This document shows, in pieces, positions 26,973-37,050 of a stretch of 50,070 bases of DNA; positions within the stretch are counted from its first letter, which is position 1, and each line of letters begins with the position of its first letter. Position numbers and translations under genes: made by a program. Source of the DNA: Candidatus Saccharimonadia bacterium. Its GTDB lineage: Bacteria; Patescibacteriota; Saccharimonadia; UBA4664; SCTI01. The notes beneath the pieces are model-generated. The model searched no databases, was not told the DNA's origin, and worked only from the letters and a program-made list of their open reading frames with translations. The DNA is taken from NCBI GenBank assembly GCA_046597065.1, contig JBKJLI010000002.1, forward strand, positions 1-50,070, written 5' to 3'.

Positions 26973-28028
26973 ATGCAAAAACACAAAAGCTTCAAAAAAT
27001 TAAGTTCGATTGTAGCCGCCTTTGCAATACTGGGTGCGGTTATTTTGCCGTTCGCAACACCAGCTAGCGCGGCATCGTTAAGTAACACCTATATAAGACT
27101 TGACCGTATCGCGGCTTCAACCGCAACTTCGGTTAGGGTCGTCTTTAAGACATCAGCCGTTAACGGTACCGAAGCCAAGGTGGTTGTCGACTTTGACACC
27201 GGTTCCAGTTTTACAGTTAATACGACACAAACCATAACAACCGCCGCATGTGCTTCTGAAACCGGCTTTACCGCGCTGCCGACCGGTACAACACTTGCTG
27301 CCACAGGCGATAACTCTGCCAAGTCAGTAACAGTTACAGCGGTATCTGACCTAGCGGTTAGCACCACCTACTGCTTTGACCTCACCAGCACAACTGCTGT
27401 TACAACTCCAACTGCCGGTATTTATACGGGAAATGTAGCGACCCAGACTGCGGGTAGTGCTGCCATCGATAACATTGATGTCGCCGAGCGAATTATTGCT
27501 AACGATCAAATTGTGGTAAATGCCAGCGTACCACCATCATTCACCTTTGCTCTAAGTGGAAACACCGATACCATTCCAGCCATTAACTCCGGCACAATAT
27601 CTTCATCGACCGGACGTACTGTAACTATTACTACAAACGCCAGTAAGGGTTGGATCGCATGGGTCAGAAGCCTAAACGGTGGCTTAACCTCGGCCTCTGC
27701 ATCAAAAACCATCCTTACAACTCAAGTAGGTTCGGCAGCCCACACCTTAAGTGCAAGTGCGGAAGACTATGCTCTCGATGTAGACTTAACTACCGACGCA
27801 GCCGGTGGCGGAACAGTTACCATCGACTCCTTCTACAATGGTGCATCTACTTCTGCAGGTGGAGGCATTGATAACACCAAGCTTCGTCCGATTGCTAGTA
27901 GCAATGGGACAGCCGGTGGATCAGGCGACGTGCTGACCTTGATTGAACGAGCCTCCGCAGCCGTCGACACCCCAGCTGCAAACGACTATACCGATACCCT
28001 CACAGTTATCGGAGCCGGTAGCTACTAA
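26973..28028 (+). CDS. Secreted beta-rich surface protein (WxL/pilin-like C-terminus), paralog 2
   Basis: ASA signal; V.ASVPPSFTFAL, TTNASKGW; ends DTPAANDYTDTLTVIGAGSY. Confidence 0.7.
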   Translation: MQKHKSFKKLSSIVAAFAILGAVILPFATPASAASLSNTYIRLDRIAASTATSVRVVFKTSAVNGTEAKVVVDFDTGSSFTVNTTQTITTAACASETGFTALPTGTTLAATGDNSAKSVTVTAVSDLAVSTTYCFDLTSTTAVTTPTAGIYTGNVATQTAGSAAIDNIDVAERIIANDQIVVNASVPPSFTFALSGNTDTIPAINSGTISSSTGRTVTITTNASKGWIAWVRSLNGGLTSASASKTILTTQVGSAAHTLSASAEDYALDVDLTTDAAGGGTVTIDSFYNGASTSAGGGIDNTKLRPIASSNGTAGGSGDVLTLIERASAAVDTPAANDYTDTLTVIGAGSY

Positions 28029-28047
28029 CTCAGTTCGAAGCCCACAA

Positions 28048-28079
28048 CTAAAAAGACGGTCATGCGACCGTCTTTTTAG
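28048..28079. terminator. Bidirectional intrinsic terminator
   Basis: CTAAAAAGACGGTC-ATGC-GACCGTCTTTTTAG. Confidence 0.85.
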
Positions 28080-28126
28080 TTTAAGAAGTAGTCGAAAATG
28101 AATACGCTTATGTATAATAGATTCAG

Positions 28127-29182
28127 ATGGTTAAGAGGATTTATGGCGCCAGCGTTGCGCTAGTTTTACTGTTAGGCTGCCTTGTTGCGGCGGTCGCTTT
28201 AAGTGGAAACGCCCATGCAGCCAATGGGGCCTTAAGTCTTACAACCTCACCGCTGCCTGTAAACCTGGTAGTTGCACCAGGAAATACGGCATCGACGGAT
28301 CTTAGAATAAAGAATAGCGGTGTCAAGACTGAACTAATTAAGATCAAGCTGATGAAGTTTGAGGCCTTTGGTGAAGACGGTAAACCTAAAATAGAGGATC
28401 GCGGCCCAGGAGACGACTACTTTGACTGGGTGAGATTCTCTGAATCCACTTTTACTCTTGAACCGAACATTTGGAAGACCATAAAAATGAACATTGCTGT
28501 GCCTAAGTCAGCGGCATTTGGGTATTACTACGCGGTGAGTTTTGAAAGAGCAACCGAAGGAGTTACAAGCAAGGATCGCCAAACGACGCTGCAAGGCGCT
28601 CCAGCCACGCTTGTCCTACTTGAAGCCAGAGTGCCGGGTGCCAAGCGCCAGCTAGATGTGGTGGAGTTTAGTACCGATCACAAGTTGTATGAGTTTTTGC
28701 CCACCACCTTTCGTATAAAGCTGCGAAATAAGGGCAATGTGCATGTTGCGCCATCTGGCAGCATATTCATTTCAAAAAATAAATCAAAATCCGATGGAAT
28801 CGTATCGATAAACCAAGAACGAGGCAACATATTACCCGCTTCTAACCGGCAGTTTAGCGCCAAGTGGGCCGATGGCACGCCGGTTTATCAGTTTAAAGAA
28901 AGTAATGGTGAGGTTGTTCTTGATAGTCGCGGGAAGTCAAAAAGTGTTCTAAATTGGGACGGTCTATCGCTGAATAAGCTGCGCTTCGGCCACTACACTG
29001 CAACATTAACCATGGCCTACAACGATGGTACTAGAGATGTACCGGTAGAAGCCGAGGTCGGCTTTTGGGTCATACCCTGGCGAATTATTTTTGGAGTAAT
29101 TCTTTTAATCGTTATACCTTCAACACTAGCTTACTGGATAGCAAAATGGCGCCTTAAGCGCTCATCGGGGAAACGAAAATGA
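28127..29182 (+). CDS. DUF916/DUF3324-like Ig-fold protein with C-terminal TM anchor, paralog A
   Basis: SP..NL...PG..L.IKNSG, F.VP..A..G.YY, LRNKGNVHVAP.G, ILP, GHYTATL, FWVIPW, TM plus basic tail. Confidence 0.7.
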   Translation: MVKRIYGASVALVLLLGCLVAAVALSGNAHAANGALSLTTSPLPVNLVVAPGNTASTDLRIKNSGVKTELIKIKLMKFEAFGEDGKPKIEDRGPGDDYFDWVRFSESTFTLEPNIWKTIKMNIAVPKSAAFGYYYAVSFERATEGVTSKDRQTTLQGAPATLVLLEARVPGAKRQLDVVEFSTDHKLYEFLPTTFRIKLRNKGNVHVAPSGSIFISKNKSKSDGIVSINQERGNILPASNRQFSAKWADGTPVYQFKESNGEVVLDSRGKSKSVLNWDGLSLNKLRFGHYTATLTMAYNDGTRDVPVEAEVGFWVIPWRIIFGVILLIVIPSTLAYWIAKWRLKRSSGKRK

Positions 29183-30219
29183 GAAAGTTGCTAAAAAGTT
29201 TTATCTCTCTAATAATCGTTCTGTTTATTTCCATAGTGCCCGGCAATTCTCATGCGGCCAATGGCGCCTTAAGTTTGACCACATCACCTTTGCCGATAAG
29301 CTTGGTCGCAACTCCTGGGAGCTCAACCACCACCGATCTGCGCATTAAAAATAGTGGTACCCAAAATGAGAGAATCACCATAAAGTTAATGAAGTTTGAG
29401 GCCTTTGGTGAAGACGGTAAACCTAAAATAGAGGATCGTGGCCCAGGTGATAGTTACTTTGACTGGGTGAAGTTTTCGGAACCTACATTCACGCTTGAAC
29501 CGAACGTTTGGAAGACCATAAAAATGACCATTAACCTGCCTAAAAGCGCGGCATTTGGGTACTACTACGCGGTCAGTTTTGTGCGATCAAATGAGGGTGT
29601 ATCGAGCCAGCCACGTCAAACGACGCTGCAGGGTGCTCCTGCTACTTTAGTTTTGCTTGAAGCCCGTGTGCCGGGTGCCAAGCGAAAACTTAATGTGGTG
29701 GAGTTTAGCACCGACCACAAGCTGTATGAGTTTTTGCCCACCACCTTTCGCATAAAGTTGCGTAACGAAGGTAACGTTCATGTTGCGCCGGCAGGTAGCA
29801 TTTTTATTGGTCGTAGTTCTAGGCAGCAGACCGGTTTAGTTTCGATAAACCAAGATAGGGGTAGTATTTTACCCGCTTCTAACCGGCAGTTTAGCGCCAA
29901 GTGGGCCGATGGATTTCCGGTATATAAATTAAAAGAAAATAATGGTGAGGTAGAGCTAGATAGCCATGGCAAGCAGAAGCAGTCGCTGGTATGGGACCTA
30001 ACCCAAGCCAATAAGCTACGCTTCGGCCACTACACTGCAACATTAACCATGGCCTACAACGATGGTACCAGAGATGTACCAGTAGAAGCCGAGGTCGGCT
30101 TTTGGGTCATACCCTGGCGAATTATCGCGGGCGTATTGTTAGTACTTGCACTTGTAGGACTGGGATTAAGATCTAGCATTCGTAATTTGTGGCGCCGGAT
30201 TCGCCGCAAGAGGACCTAG
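29179..30219 (+). CDS. DUF916/DUF3324-like protein, paralog B
   Basis: Close paralog of 28127-29182; ATGA overlap. Confidence 0.7.
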   Translation: MRKLLKSFISLIIVLFISIVPGNSHAANGALSLTTSPLPISLVATPGSSTTTDLRIKNSGTQNERITIKLMKFEAFGEDGKPKIEDRGPGDSYFDWVKFSEPTFTLEPNVWKTIKMTINLPKSAAFGYYYAVSFVRSNEGVSSQPRQTTLQGAPATLVLLEARVPGAKRKLNVVEFSTDHKLYEFLPTTFRIKLRNEGNVHVAPAGSIFIGRSSRQQTGLVSINQDRGSILPASNRQFSAKWADGFPVYKLKENNGEVELDSHGKQKQSLVWDLTQANKLRFGHYTATLTMAYNDGTRDVPVEAEVGFWVIPWRIIAGVLLVLALVGLGLRSSIRNLWRRIRRKRT

Positions 30220-30224
30220 AGCTC

Positions 30225-31352
30225 ATGGTTATAAAATGGAGTGCGCTTTTTTTTGGCGCGGCCCTTGTTATAGTGGCGCCATCGGTCTTAAAAGCAGCCA
30301 GTGGCGACGAGCTTAATATTGCCCCAGCACTGCAAGAGGTGATTGTTACTGGCACCGACATAACCAAGCCGGTAACTGTTACAGTTGCGAACAGCGGTCC
30401 TAGTAGTCGTACCTACAAGTTGAGCGTGGTCGATTTTGGGAGTTTAGGGGAAAGTGGGGGTCTGGCTTTCTTGGGTCAGACTGCAAATGAGAGCGAGCAT
30501 CGATTTGGCTTGTCGCCGTGGGTACAAGCTCCCGCCACCGTAAATGTTGCCGCTCGCAGTAGCAGTGACGTAGTGATTACGATTGAAAATCGCACTACAC
30601 TTTCGCCCGGTGGCCACTATGCGGCGGTTATTGTTACTCCAGTGGATCAGGCCTCAAAGCCGAAACAAGTACAACTTCAGCAGCAGCTCGCCTCTTTGAT
30701 ACTTTTAAGGAAAACTGGTGGGGAGCAGTATCGTTTTGGTGTAAGCGGCCAATCATTTAACAGCAACTGGCTGAAGCTACCAGGCTCGATAAATTTAAGA
30801 GTGGCTAACAGCGGCAATGTCCATGTAGTGCCAAGAGGACTGATACGGCTGGTTGATCCAAGAGGGGAGGTTGTATATCGGGCGACGATTAATCAGGGTT
30901 CAAGCTTTATCTTACCCGGGAGCGTTCGCAACTTTAACGTCACTTTAATGAAGCAGAAAAACGCCCTGTGGCCGGGGAAGTACTTACTGCTAACGCAGAC
31001 ACGCAATGACGGCAGTGATAGCGTTCAAACCATCAAAAAAGAGATTTGGTATCTGGGCTACATTGGCGTGATTGCGATAGTCGCGTTAGTGGGGCTAGCT
31101 CTGCTTGCAATAGTGGCAATCTGGTTGATCCGAAAGCGGAAACCACGGCCAAAGATACCTCCAAAAACTTTTAATAAAAATGTCACCGAGAAGGTAGAAG
31201 AGGAATTGCCTCCAGAAGTCCCCGATACTGTAGTTACACAAAAACCGGTTGTTAAAAAGCCCTCCCCAATGCGAAAACAAAAGGTTTTTAAGCCTACCGA
31301 TGGAATGCGCCGGACAACTAAAAAAAGCGCCTCTGAGAAGCCAAAAAAGTAG
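30225..31352 (+). CDS. DUF916/DUF3324-like protein, divergent paralog C, with long K/P-rich tail
   Basis: PGGHYAAV, ANSGNVHVVPRG, ILPGSVR, WPGKY, TM helix. Confidence 0.7.
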   Translation: MVIKWSALFFGAALVIVAPSVLKAASGDELNIAPALQEVIVTGTDITKPVTVTVANSGPSSRTYKLSVVDFGSLGESGGLAFLGQTANESEHRFGLSPWVQAPATVNVAARSSSDVVITIENRTTLSPGGHYAAVIVTPVDQASKPKQVQLQQQLASLILLRKTGGEQYRFGVSGQSFNSNWLKLPGSINLRVANSGNVHVVPRGLIRLVDPRGEVVYRATINQGSSFILPGSVRNFNVTLMKQKNALWPGKYLLLTQTRNDGSDSVQTIKKEIWYLGYIGVIAIVALVGLALLAIVAIWLIRKRKPRPKIPPKTFNKNVTEKVEEELPPEVPDTVVTQKPVVKKPSPMRKQKVFKPTDGMRRTTKKSASEKPKK

Positions 31353-31469
31353 CTAAAAAAAGTTTCAAAAAATAAAATTTTTACAAACCTGGTTTACAGG
31401 TTGCGTTAATGCTTATGCTTTGATAAAATTCAGACATAGCAAATTTAGCCGCATTTAAAGCGACAAAAG

Positions 31470-34400
31470 GTGTTGTGGAGAAATATACAAAAAGTGAGAA
31501 TCAAAATAAAGATTCCAAATCTAAAACAGCCAAAACCGCTGACCTTAGTATCGATACTGGTGCTTGGCTTTTTGGCGTCGATTGCACTTATTTCATTACC
31601 GGCAAAGGCTGCCACCGGGATCAACAAACAGATCAACTTTCAGGGTAAAGTCGTTAATGCCAACGGTACCAACGTGACCGATGGTGCCTACAACTTCGAC
31701 TTCAAAATTTATACGGTTGCCAGTGGTGGAGCGGCAATTTGGAGCGAGCTGTCAAAATCAACCACGGTTACTAGCGGTGTATTCCAGACCAGCTTGGGCT
31801 CGGCTACTACCCTTCCAGGTTCGATCGACTTTAATACCGACAACATTTATTTAGGAATAACTTTTAATGGTGACGCTGCCGGTGAAATGACTCCGCGCGT
31901 GCAGTTTAGTGCCGTACCGCAGGCCTTTAACTCCGAGAAAGTGGGCGGAATTTTGGCATCCGGTCTGGTACAACTTACTCCCAGCGGTCAGCAAACTGGA
32001 ACGATTAATATTAGTGGCTCACTAACCTCGGCCAGTACGTTGCAGGGTACCAGTGCTACTCTGACTGGCGGTAACTCATTGACGCTGGGTACCGCTAGTT
32101 CATTAACTGGTGCCATAATTTTAAACAACGCTACTAATACCAACACCGTTACGCTGCAAAGCGGGGTGTCGGGTAGCTCTTATACGCTGACAATGCCGAC
32201 CACCGCTCCCAGCGTGAGCCAGTGTTTGCAGAGCGATAGCGTGACGGCTAGTCAGCTTAAGTTTGGTAGTTGCGCCGGCGGTTCTACGACACTTCAAAAC
32301 GCCTATGACGCCGCTAGTGGTAATATTATTACCACAAGTAACGCCAAGGATGTAACATTTACGCTGGCCGACACCGCGACCGATAGTAACTTTATTGTAA
32401 ATGTGGCCACCGGCTCGACCAGTAAGTTTGCCATCCAGCAGAACGGATCGGACGTTTTGAGCGTGAGCGCTACCGGCGCGGTATTAAGCAAAAACTCAGC
32501 CAACTCCGCAACCGCGTTCCAGATTCAAAACAGCAGCGGCGCCAACGTGGCGCGCGTTGATACCAGTGGTGCCAATGCCAACAACTTGGTGACAAACCCA
32601 AGCTTTGAAAACAACTCCACAACCGGCTGGACCGGCAACGGTGGCTGTACTTTAACGGCGGTTACAAGTGCCACTACCGGCCCGTTTAATGGTCAGTACA
32701 GCGGCCAGTGTAGCAACACTGCAACTATAGGTGCCGAGTATCGGTTTGTAACCGGCGCGTTGACTGCTAGTACCGCTTATACCTTTAACTTTTATGCGAA
32801 GGCATCGGCTACTTCTGGTGCTTTCCTAAGTTTTGGGCACGTTGAGAACGGCGGAGCCGAGGATGTTGCTGGACTATCATTAACAACTCAAGCTGTCAGC
32901 ACCAGTGGCTGGACTCGTTACTCGTTGAGCTTTAAAACTGGTGCTACTTTGGCGTCTGGCGATTATCTCTACGTTAAGCAGACCGACGCAACCGCTCGCA
33001 GCGTCTGGCTAGATGGGGCCACTCTACAGACCGATGCTAACGGTGATGGTAACTATCGCGAAGGTAAGATTGCCCTGGGTGGCATCATTACCAGCCCAAC
33101 ACTTTTACAAAACGAGAGCAACTCAACTACTGCATTTCAGGTGCAAAATGCCGCCGGTGCAAGTGTGTTTACGATTGATACTACCGATAGCAACCTGCTG
33201 CCCAACCCAGGTGCTGAGGTAAGTGCGGCGGGTTGGTCGGCCAAGGGCAGCGGCACTATTATTCGCGATAGCTCTCAGCAAAAGTTTGGCATTGCAGCCT
33301 TTAAGGTGGTTACCACGGCTACGGCTAACGATGGCGCCCAGTACGCCGGCTTAAACCTGGCGATTGGAACCTACTCGATTGGCGTATCAATAAAAAACAA
33401 TGCCACCGCTTTTGGCGCGGGTGCCTTGCAAGTTGGTATTACCAACACCGGTGGTGACAATGTGTGTACACTTGCGCCTGCAGTGAGTGCAACTATTCCT
33501 ACAAGTACCGGTTGGACACGATTTACCTGTTCGGTAACTATTGCCACAACGGTTGGTACAGCCTTTTATGTTAAGCAAACCGAGGCAGTAGCGCACACAA
33601 TTTGGGTTGATGGCATAGAGCTGGACTCTGGAGCAACCTTGACTCCCTATGGGGTTGGCTCGCTGTCATTTAATGCGGTAATTAAAACACCGTTAACTCT
33701 TCTAAACCAGTCGGATTCGACCAGTGCACTGGCGGTCTATAACGCGGCCGGCCTACAGTTACTTGGCGTCGATACCTTGAATGCAGGAGTTAACATTGCG
33801 ACTGGCGCGGTAGCCGGTACTGTAACCATCGGCAATACTACTGGTGCCTCGGCGGTGACAATCCAGGGTGGAACTGGCGCTATTAATATTGGTACACAGG
33901 CAATTGCGGATACCATTACGATTGGAAACTCCACTGGCGCCACCTCGGTGGTGATTAACAACGGCACGGGCGCGCTAAACCTTGGTACCAACGCTATCGC
34001 TCACACCGTCACCATCGGCAACACTACCGGCGCATCGGCTTTAACCTTACAGGCTGGAACCGGTAACGTTTCGATAACCGGAGCAGCCGCTACAACCTTT
34101 ACCATCGGGCCAGCTGCCGGTACCGGAGCCATTACCGTCGGACCATCAACCGCTTCGCAGACTATCAACATTGGCAATACGGCTAAAGGTGCAGGTAGCG
34201 CAAATACAATTAACATCGGCGCTACAAATAACGCCTCTACTGGTACTACCGCGATTGCGATAGGTAGCAGCAACACTAGTACAGGTGTTACCACCGTAAC
34301 CATAAAGGCCGGTACCACCGCTACTTCGGCCGGCCCCTCAGTAACTTTGGGTGCAACCGCTAGTACCACCGCGGTTTGTTCAAGCTTGGCTGCGGCCACC

Positions 34401-35369
34401 GCCCCAACGGCTGGTACCGCCTATGAGCTGCGCGACTGTAGCGGTACCCCAGCGGCCGACTTTGCCGAAAACTATCCGGTTGCAAGCGGAGTCGAGTATG
34501 GCGACGTTGTGGCAATTGGCACAAAAATGATCAACACCTACGATGTTACCAACGGCAACATCGATTGGACCAAGATTAAGGGTAGAATCACTCAGTTGGT
34601 AAAAAGCAGCCAGGGCTATCAGTCGGGTGCACTGGGAATTGTTTCAGAAAACCAGAGCGATTTTACAACTGCTGGTTATAACATTAAGTCTGGTGACAAC
34701 CCCAAGACGGTGGCACTTGTAGGGCGCGTACCGGTTAAGGTCACCACCGAAAATGGCGCAATTGAACCCGGAGACTTTTTGGCGAGTTCTGATACGCGAC
34801 CTGGCTACGCCATGAAGGCAACCGGAGCCGGTTACATTATTGGCCAGGCGCTTGAAGCATTTACCGACGCCAAACCCGGAAAAGTAATGGTGTTTGCTCG
34901 TTCTGGCTATAGTCCTGGGCCAAATCCGAGCCAGAATCTTCAGCATGGAAGTTTTGGCGATCTAATATCTAAGGGTACTTTGACGGCCAGCAACATCAAG
35001 GTAAGCGGCCTGCTTGAGGTTCAAGACATTGTGGTAAATGGCCACTTTATTACAGCCGGCGGACAGCCAACCGCTTTGTTGCTTGGTTCTGCCGGTGTTG
35101 GCGCAAACATATCAATTAGTGGCACAGATACCATCGGCACCATTAGTATTACTACCGGAACCAAGACTACGCCTGGCGAGCTTGCAAAGATCGTGTTTAG
35201 TAAAAGCTATACTCAGCCGCCAAAGGTGCTATTAAGCCCGTCTAACGAGGCCGCATCAAAAGCTCAGTTTTATCGCGGCACAACTGGAAAGGCCGATTTT
35301 ACCCTCAACCTATCTTCGCAGGCAAGCGCCAAAACTAACTATAAGTTCGATTACTTTATCGGGCAGTAA
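31470..35369 (+). CDS. Large secreted tail-fibre-like adhesin
   Basis: Signal (AKA/A); INFQGK..EMTPR..VPQA domain; two CBM4/9-like modules (NLVTNPSFE, NLLPNPGAE); IG.TTGA repeats; peptidase-G2-like ADFAE..GRVPVKV..PG.AMKA..IIGQALE. Start uncertain. Confidence 0.75.
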   Translation: MLWRNIQKVRIKIKIPNLKQPKPLTLVSILVLGFLASIALISLPAKAATGINKQINFQGKVVNANGTNVTDGAYNFDFKIYTVASGGAAIWSELSKSTTVTSGVFQTSLGSATTLPGSIDFNTDNIYLGITFNGDAAGEMTPRVQFSAVPQAFNSEKVGGILASGLVQLTPSGQQTGTINISGSLTSASTLQGTSATLTGGNSLTLGTASSLTGAIILNNATNTNTVTLQSGVSGSSYTLTMPTTAPSVSQCLQSDSVTASQLKFGSCAGGSTTLQNAYDAASGNIITTSNAKDVTFTLADTATDSNFIVNVATGSTSKFAIQQNGSDVLSVSATGAVLSKNSANSATAFQIQNSSGANVARVDTSGANANNLVTNPSFENNSTTGWTGNGGCTLTAVTSATTGPFNGQYSGQCSNTATIGAEYRFVTGALTASTAYTFNFYAKASATSGAFLSFGHVENGGAEDVAGLSLTTQAVSTSGWTRYSLSFKTGATLASGDYLYVKQTDATARSVWLDGATLQTDANGDGNYREGKIALGGIITSPTLLQNESNSTTAFQVQNAAGASVFTIDTTDSNLLPNPGAEVSAAGWSAKGSGTIIRDSSQQKFGIAAFKVVTTATANDGAQYAGLNLAIGTYSIGVSIKNNATAFGAGALQVGITNTGGDNVCTLAPAVSATIPTSTGWTRFTCSVTIATTVGTAFYVKQTEAVAHTIWVDGIELDSGATLTPYGVGSLSFNAVIKTPLTLLNQSDSTSALAVYNAAGLQLLGVDTLNAGVNIATGAVAGTVTIGNTTGASAVTIQGGTGAINIGTQAIADTITIGNSTGATSVVINNGTGALNLGTNAIAHTVTIGNTTGASALTLQAGTGNVSITGAAATTFTIGPAAGTGAITVGPSTASQTINIGNTAKGAGSANTINIGATNNASTGTTAIAIGSSNTSTGVTTVTIKAGTTATSAGPSVTLGATASTTAVCSSLAAATAPTAGTAYELRDCSGTPAADFAENYPVASGVEYGDVVAIGTKMINTYDVTNGNIDWTKIKGRITQLVKSSQGYQSGALGIVSENQSDFTTAGYNIKSGDNPKTVALVGRVPVKVTTENGAIEPGDFLASSDTRPGYAMKATGAGYIIGQALEAFTDAKPGKVMVFARSGYSPGPNPSQNLQHGSFGDLISKGTLTASNIKVSGLLEVQDIVVNGHFITAGGQPTALLLGSAGVGANISISGTDTIGTISITTGTKTTPGELAKIVFSKSYTQPPKVLLSPSNEAASKAQFYRGTTGKADFTLNLSSQASAKTNYKFDYFIGQ

Positions 35370-35393
35370 TATTTAGATAGCCGAAACGGTGGG

Positions 35394-35771
35394 CTAAACT
35401 TCTTCGGACAGTAAAAGTTGAAGATGGTCGGTTACGTCTGTCGGTGTAACGTTAATCTTAATCATAAAGCTGTCGGCACCCATGGCCATGACTCGGTGTT
35501 CAACCTCTTCATCGCCCATGTTTGTAAGTACAATAACTTTTGGTTTAGGGTGGGGGTGAGGGGGCATTGATTCAAGAATCTTAAAACCGTCAACTTTTGG
35601 CAGCATTAGGTCTAGCAGTACGACATGAGGCTTAAACTCTTTTATTAGGGCAATCCCGGCCTCGCCGTCTACCGCTACACCCACCTCATAGCCGTTGCTT
35701 TCAAGATGCAAACGGTAAAGTTCGCAAATAGCCTCTTCGTCTTCAATAAGGGCGATTTTAAGATTAGACAT
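35394..35771 (-). CDS. Single-domain response regulator (receiver only)
   Basis: IALIEDE, VLLDLMLPKVDG, LTN, FMIK. Confidence 0.92.
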   Translation of the reverse strand: MSNLKIALIEDEEAICELYRLHLESNGYEVGVAVDGEAGIALIKEFKPHVVLLDLMLPKVDGFKILESMPPHPHPKPKVIVLTNMGDEEVEHRVMAMGADSFMIKINVTPTDVTDHLQLLLSEEV

Positions 35772-35896
35772 GCGAGAAGTATAACAAAGAACATCAGCTA
35801 AGGGAGAATTTAATATTTACTTTACAGGTAATTTATGTTAAAACATGTGTACGCTACATCCGTAGCAAGCCCTTCGAAAATTAGAAACGAGGAAGC

Positions 35897-36388
35897 ATGT
35901 CGTCAAGCATGATTAACCGGCGTAAGTCCACTGTGGCTGCCGCCGTGCTGGCGGCAACTGTTTTGCTACTGGTTTTTCACCAGTTGATCTTCGATGTGGT
36001 TGTTCATTTCTGGCATCGTGCCGAGAGCTACCACGTTAACCCGCTGATCTTCGTATTCCTGCTGCTAGCGACCTTTTACCACTACTACAAAGGGTGGTAC
36101 CAGATTGCGATCGGCATCTACAGAAGGGATCGGAAGTTGCTGGTGCGTGGTGTGATCTTGAATCGGACAGTTTGGGCAATTCCCTATCTTTATGTGCTGA
36201 TCTTCGGCTATGGCTACCCCTGGTGGGTGCTGGCTGGGGTGATCGGCTGGATCGTAGTTGCAATGGCTTCGTTTATTCGCAACTACCGTCGCCCAGAATA
36301 CCTGCACAAGATGAACGCCTCGTGGTTCGGCCGGATAATTGAGCGTCATCTGAACAAGGCCAAGCCAAAGGTGGGTGATGTCGAGTGA
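35897..36388 (+). CDS. Membrane protein of unknown function
   Basis: About four hydrophobic segments; GAGGA SD; GTGA overlap with the next gene. Confidence 0.75.
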   Translation: MSSSMINRRKSTVAAAVLAATVLLLVFHQLIFDVVVHFWHRAESYHVNPLIFVFLLLATFYHYYKGWYQIAIGIYRRDRKLLVRGVILNRTVWAIPYLYVLIFGYGYPWWVLAGVIGWIVVAMASFIRNYRRPEYLHKMNASWFGRIIERHLNKAKPKVGDVE

Positions 36389-37050
36389 GCCATTTCAATT
36401 TCTGGAGGCTCCAGGGCTGGCTATACGACGCTTTGTTTGTACTGGTGCCTCATCGGCGCCTGGTCGAAGAGGTAGCCCGCACAACTGGTAAGCATAACGA
36501 CCTAATACTGGACGCCGGCTGCGGAAGCGGCCGGCTAAGTCAGTGGTCGGCATCTCGCGTGGTCGGCATCGATTTTTCGGAATCGATGATTAGAGCCGCT
36601 CGCAGACGTAAGCGTGGGTCGGTTTTTAAGGCTGACTTGAATGCCCCGCTACCATTCAGCTCCCACACGTTTGATTACGTTGTGTCGCTGAATGTGCTAT
36701 ATGCATTGCCTCGTCCTGGGGTGACGCTTATGGAACTAGCTCGAGTGTTGAACTATGGCGGTGAGCTAGTGGTTGCAACTCCGACCACATCCAAGCTAAC
36801 ACCACTAGTTGTTGAACACTTCAAGACTGCCTCGCCATGGCAGCTGGTGATTTCGTTCATCAATCTACCGCGCCTGATTGCCTGGTGTATCAACCTGGGT
36901 ATTAGGGGTTGGTTCGATAACAGCCGGTTCACCTGGTTGTCAGAAGCCGAGCTTACGGAGGCGGTTAAGGCAGCCGGTCTAAAGGTCATTTCGGTCGAGC
37001 CTTGCTACGCAGGGATCGACATCATGCTGGTTGCTCGAAAGGAGGGGTAA
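36385..37050 (+). CDS. Class I SAM-dependent methyltransferase
   Basis: ILDAGCGSG, GIDFS..M, ADL..LPF...FD.V, E.ARVL..GG.L. Confidence 0.92.
   Translation: MSHFNFWRLQGWLYDALFVLVPHRRLVEEVARTTGKHNDLILDAGCGSGRLSQWSASRVVGIDFSESMIRAARRRKRGSVFKADLNAPLPFSSHTFDYVVSLNVLYALPRPGVTLMELARVLNYGGELVVATPTTSKLTPLVVEHFKTASPWQLVISFINLPRLIAWCINLGIRGWFDNSRFTWLSEAELTEAVKAAGLKVISVEPCYAGIDIMLVARKEG

Noticed and set aside
28352-30125. Diversity-generating retroelement TR/VR pair
   Set aside because: Both copies lie in full-length paralogous genes, the differences are synonymous and not adenine-specific, and there is no RT.
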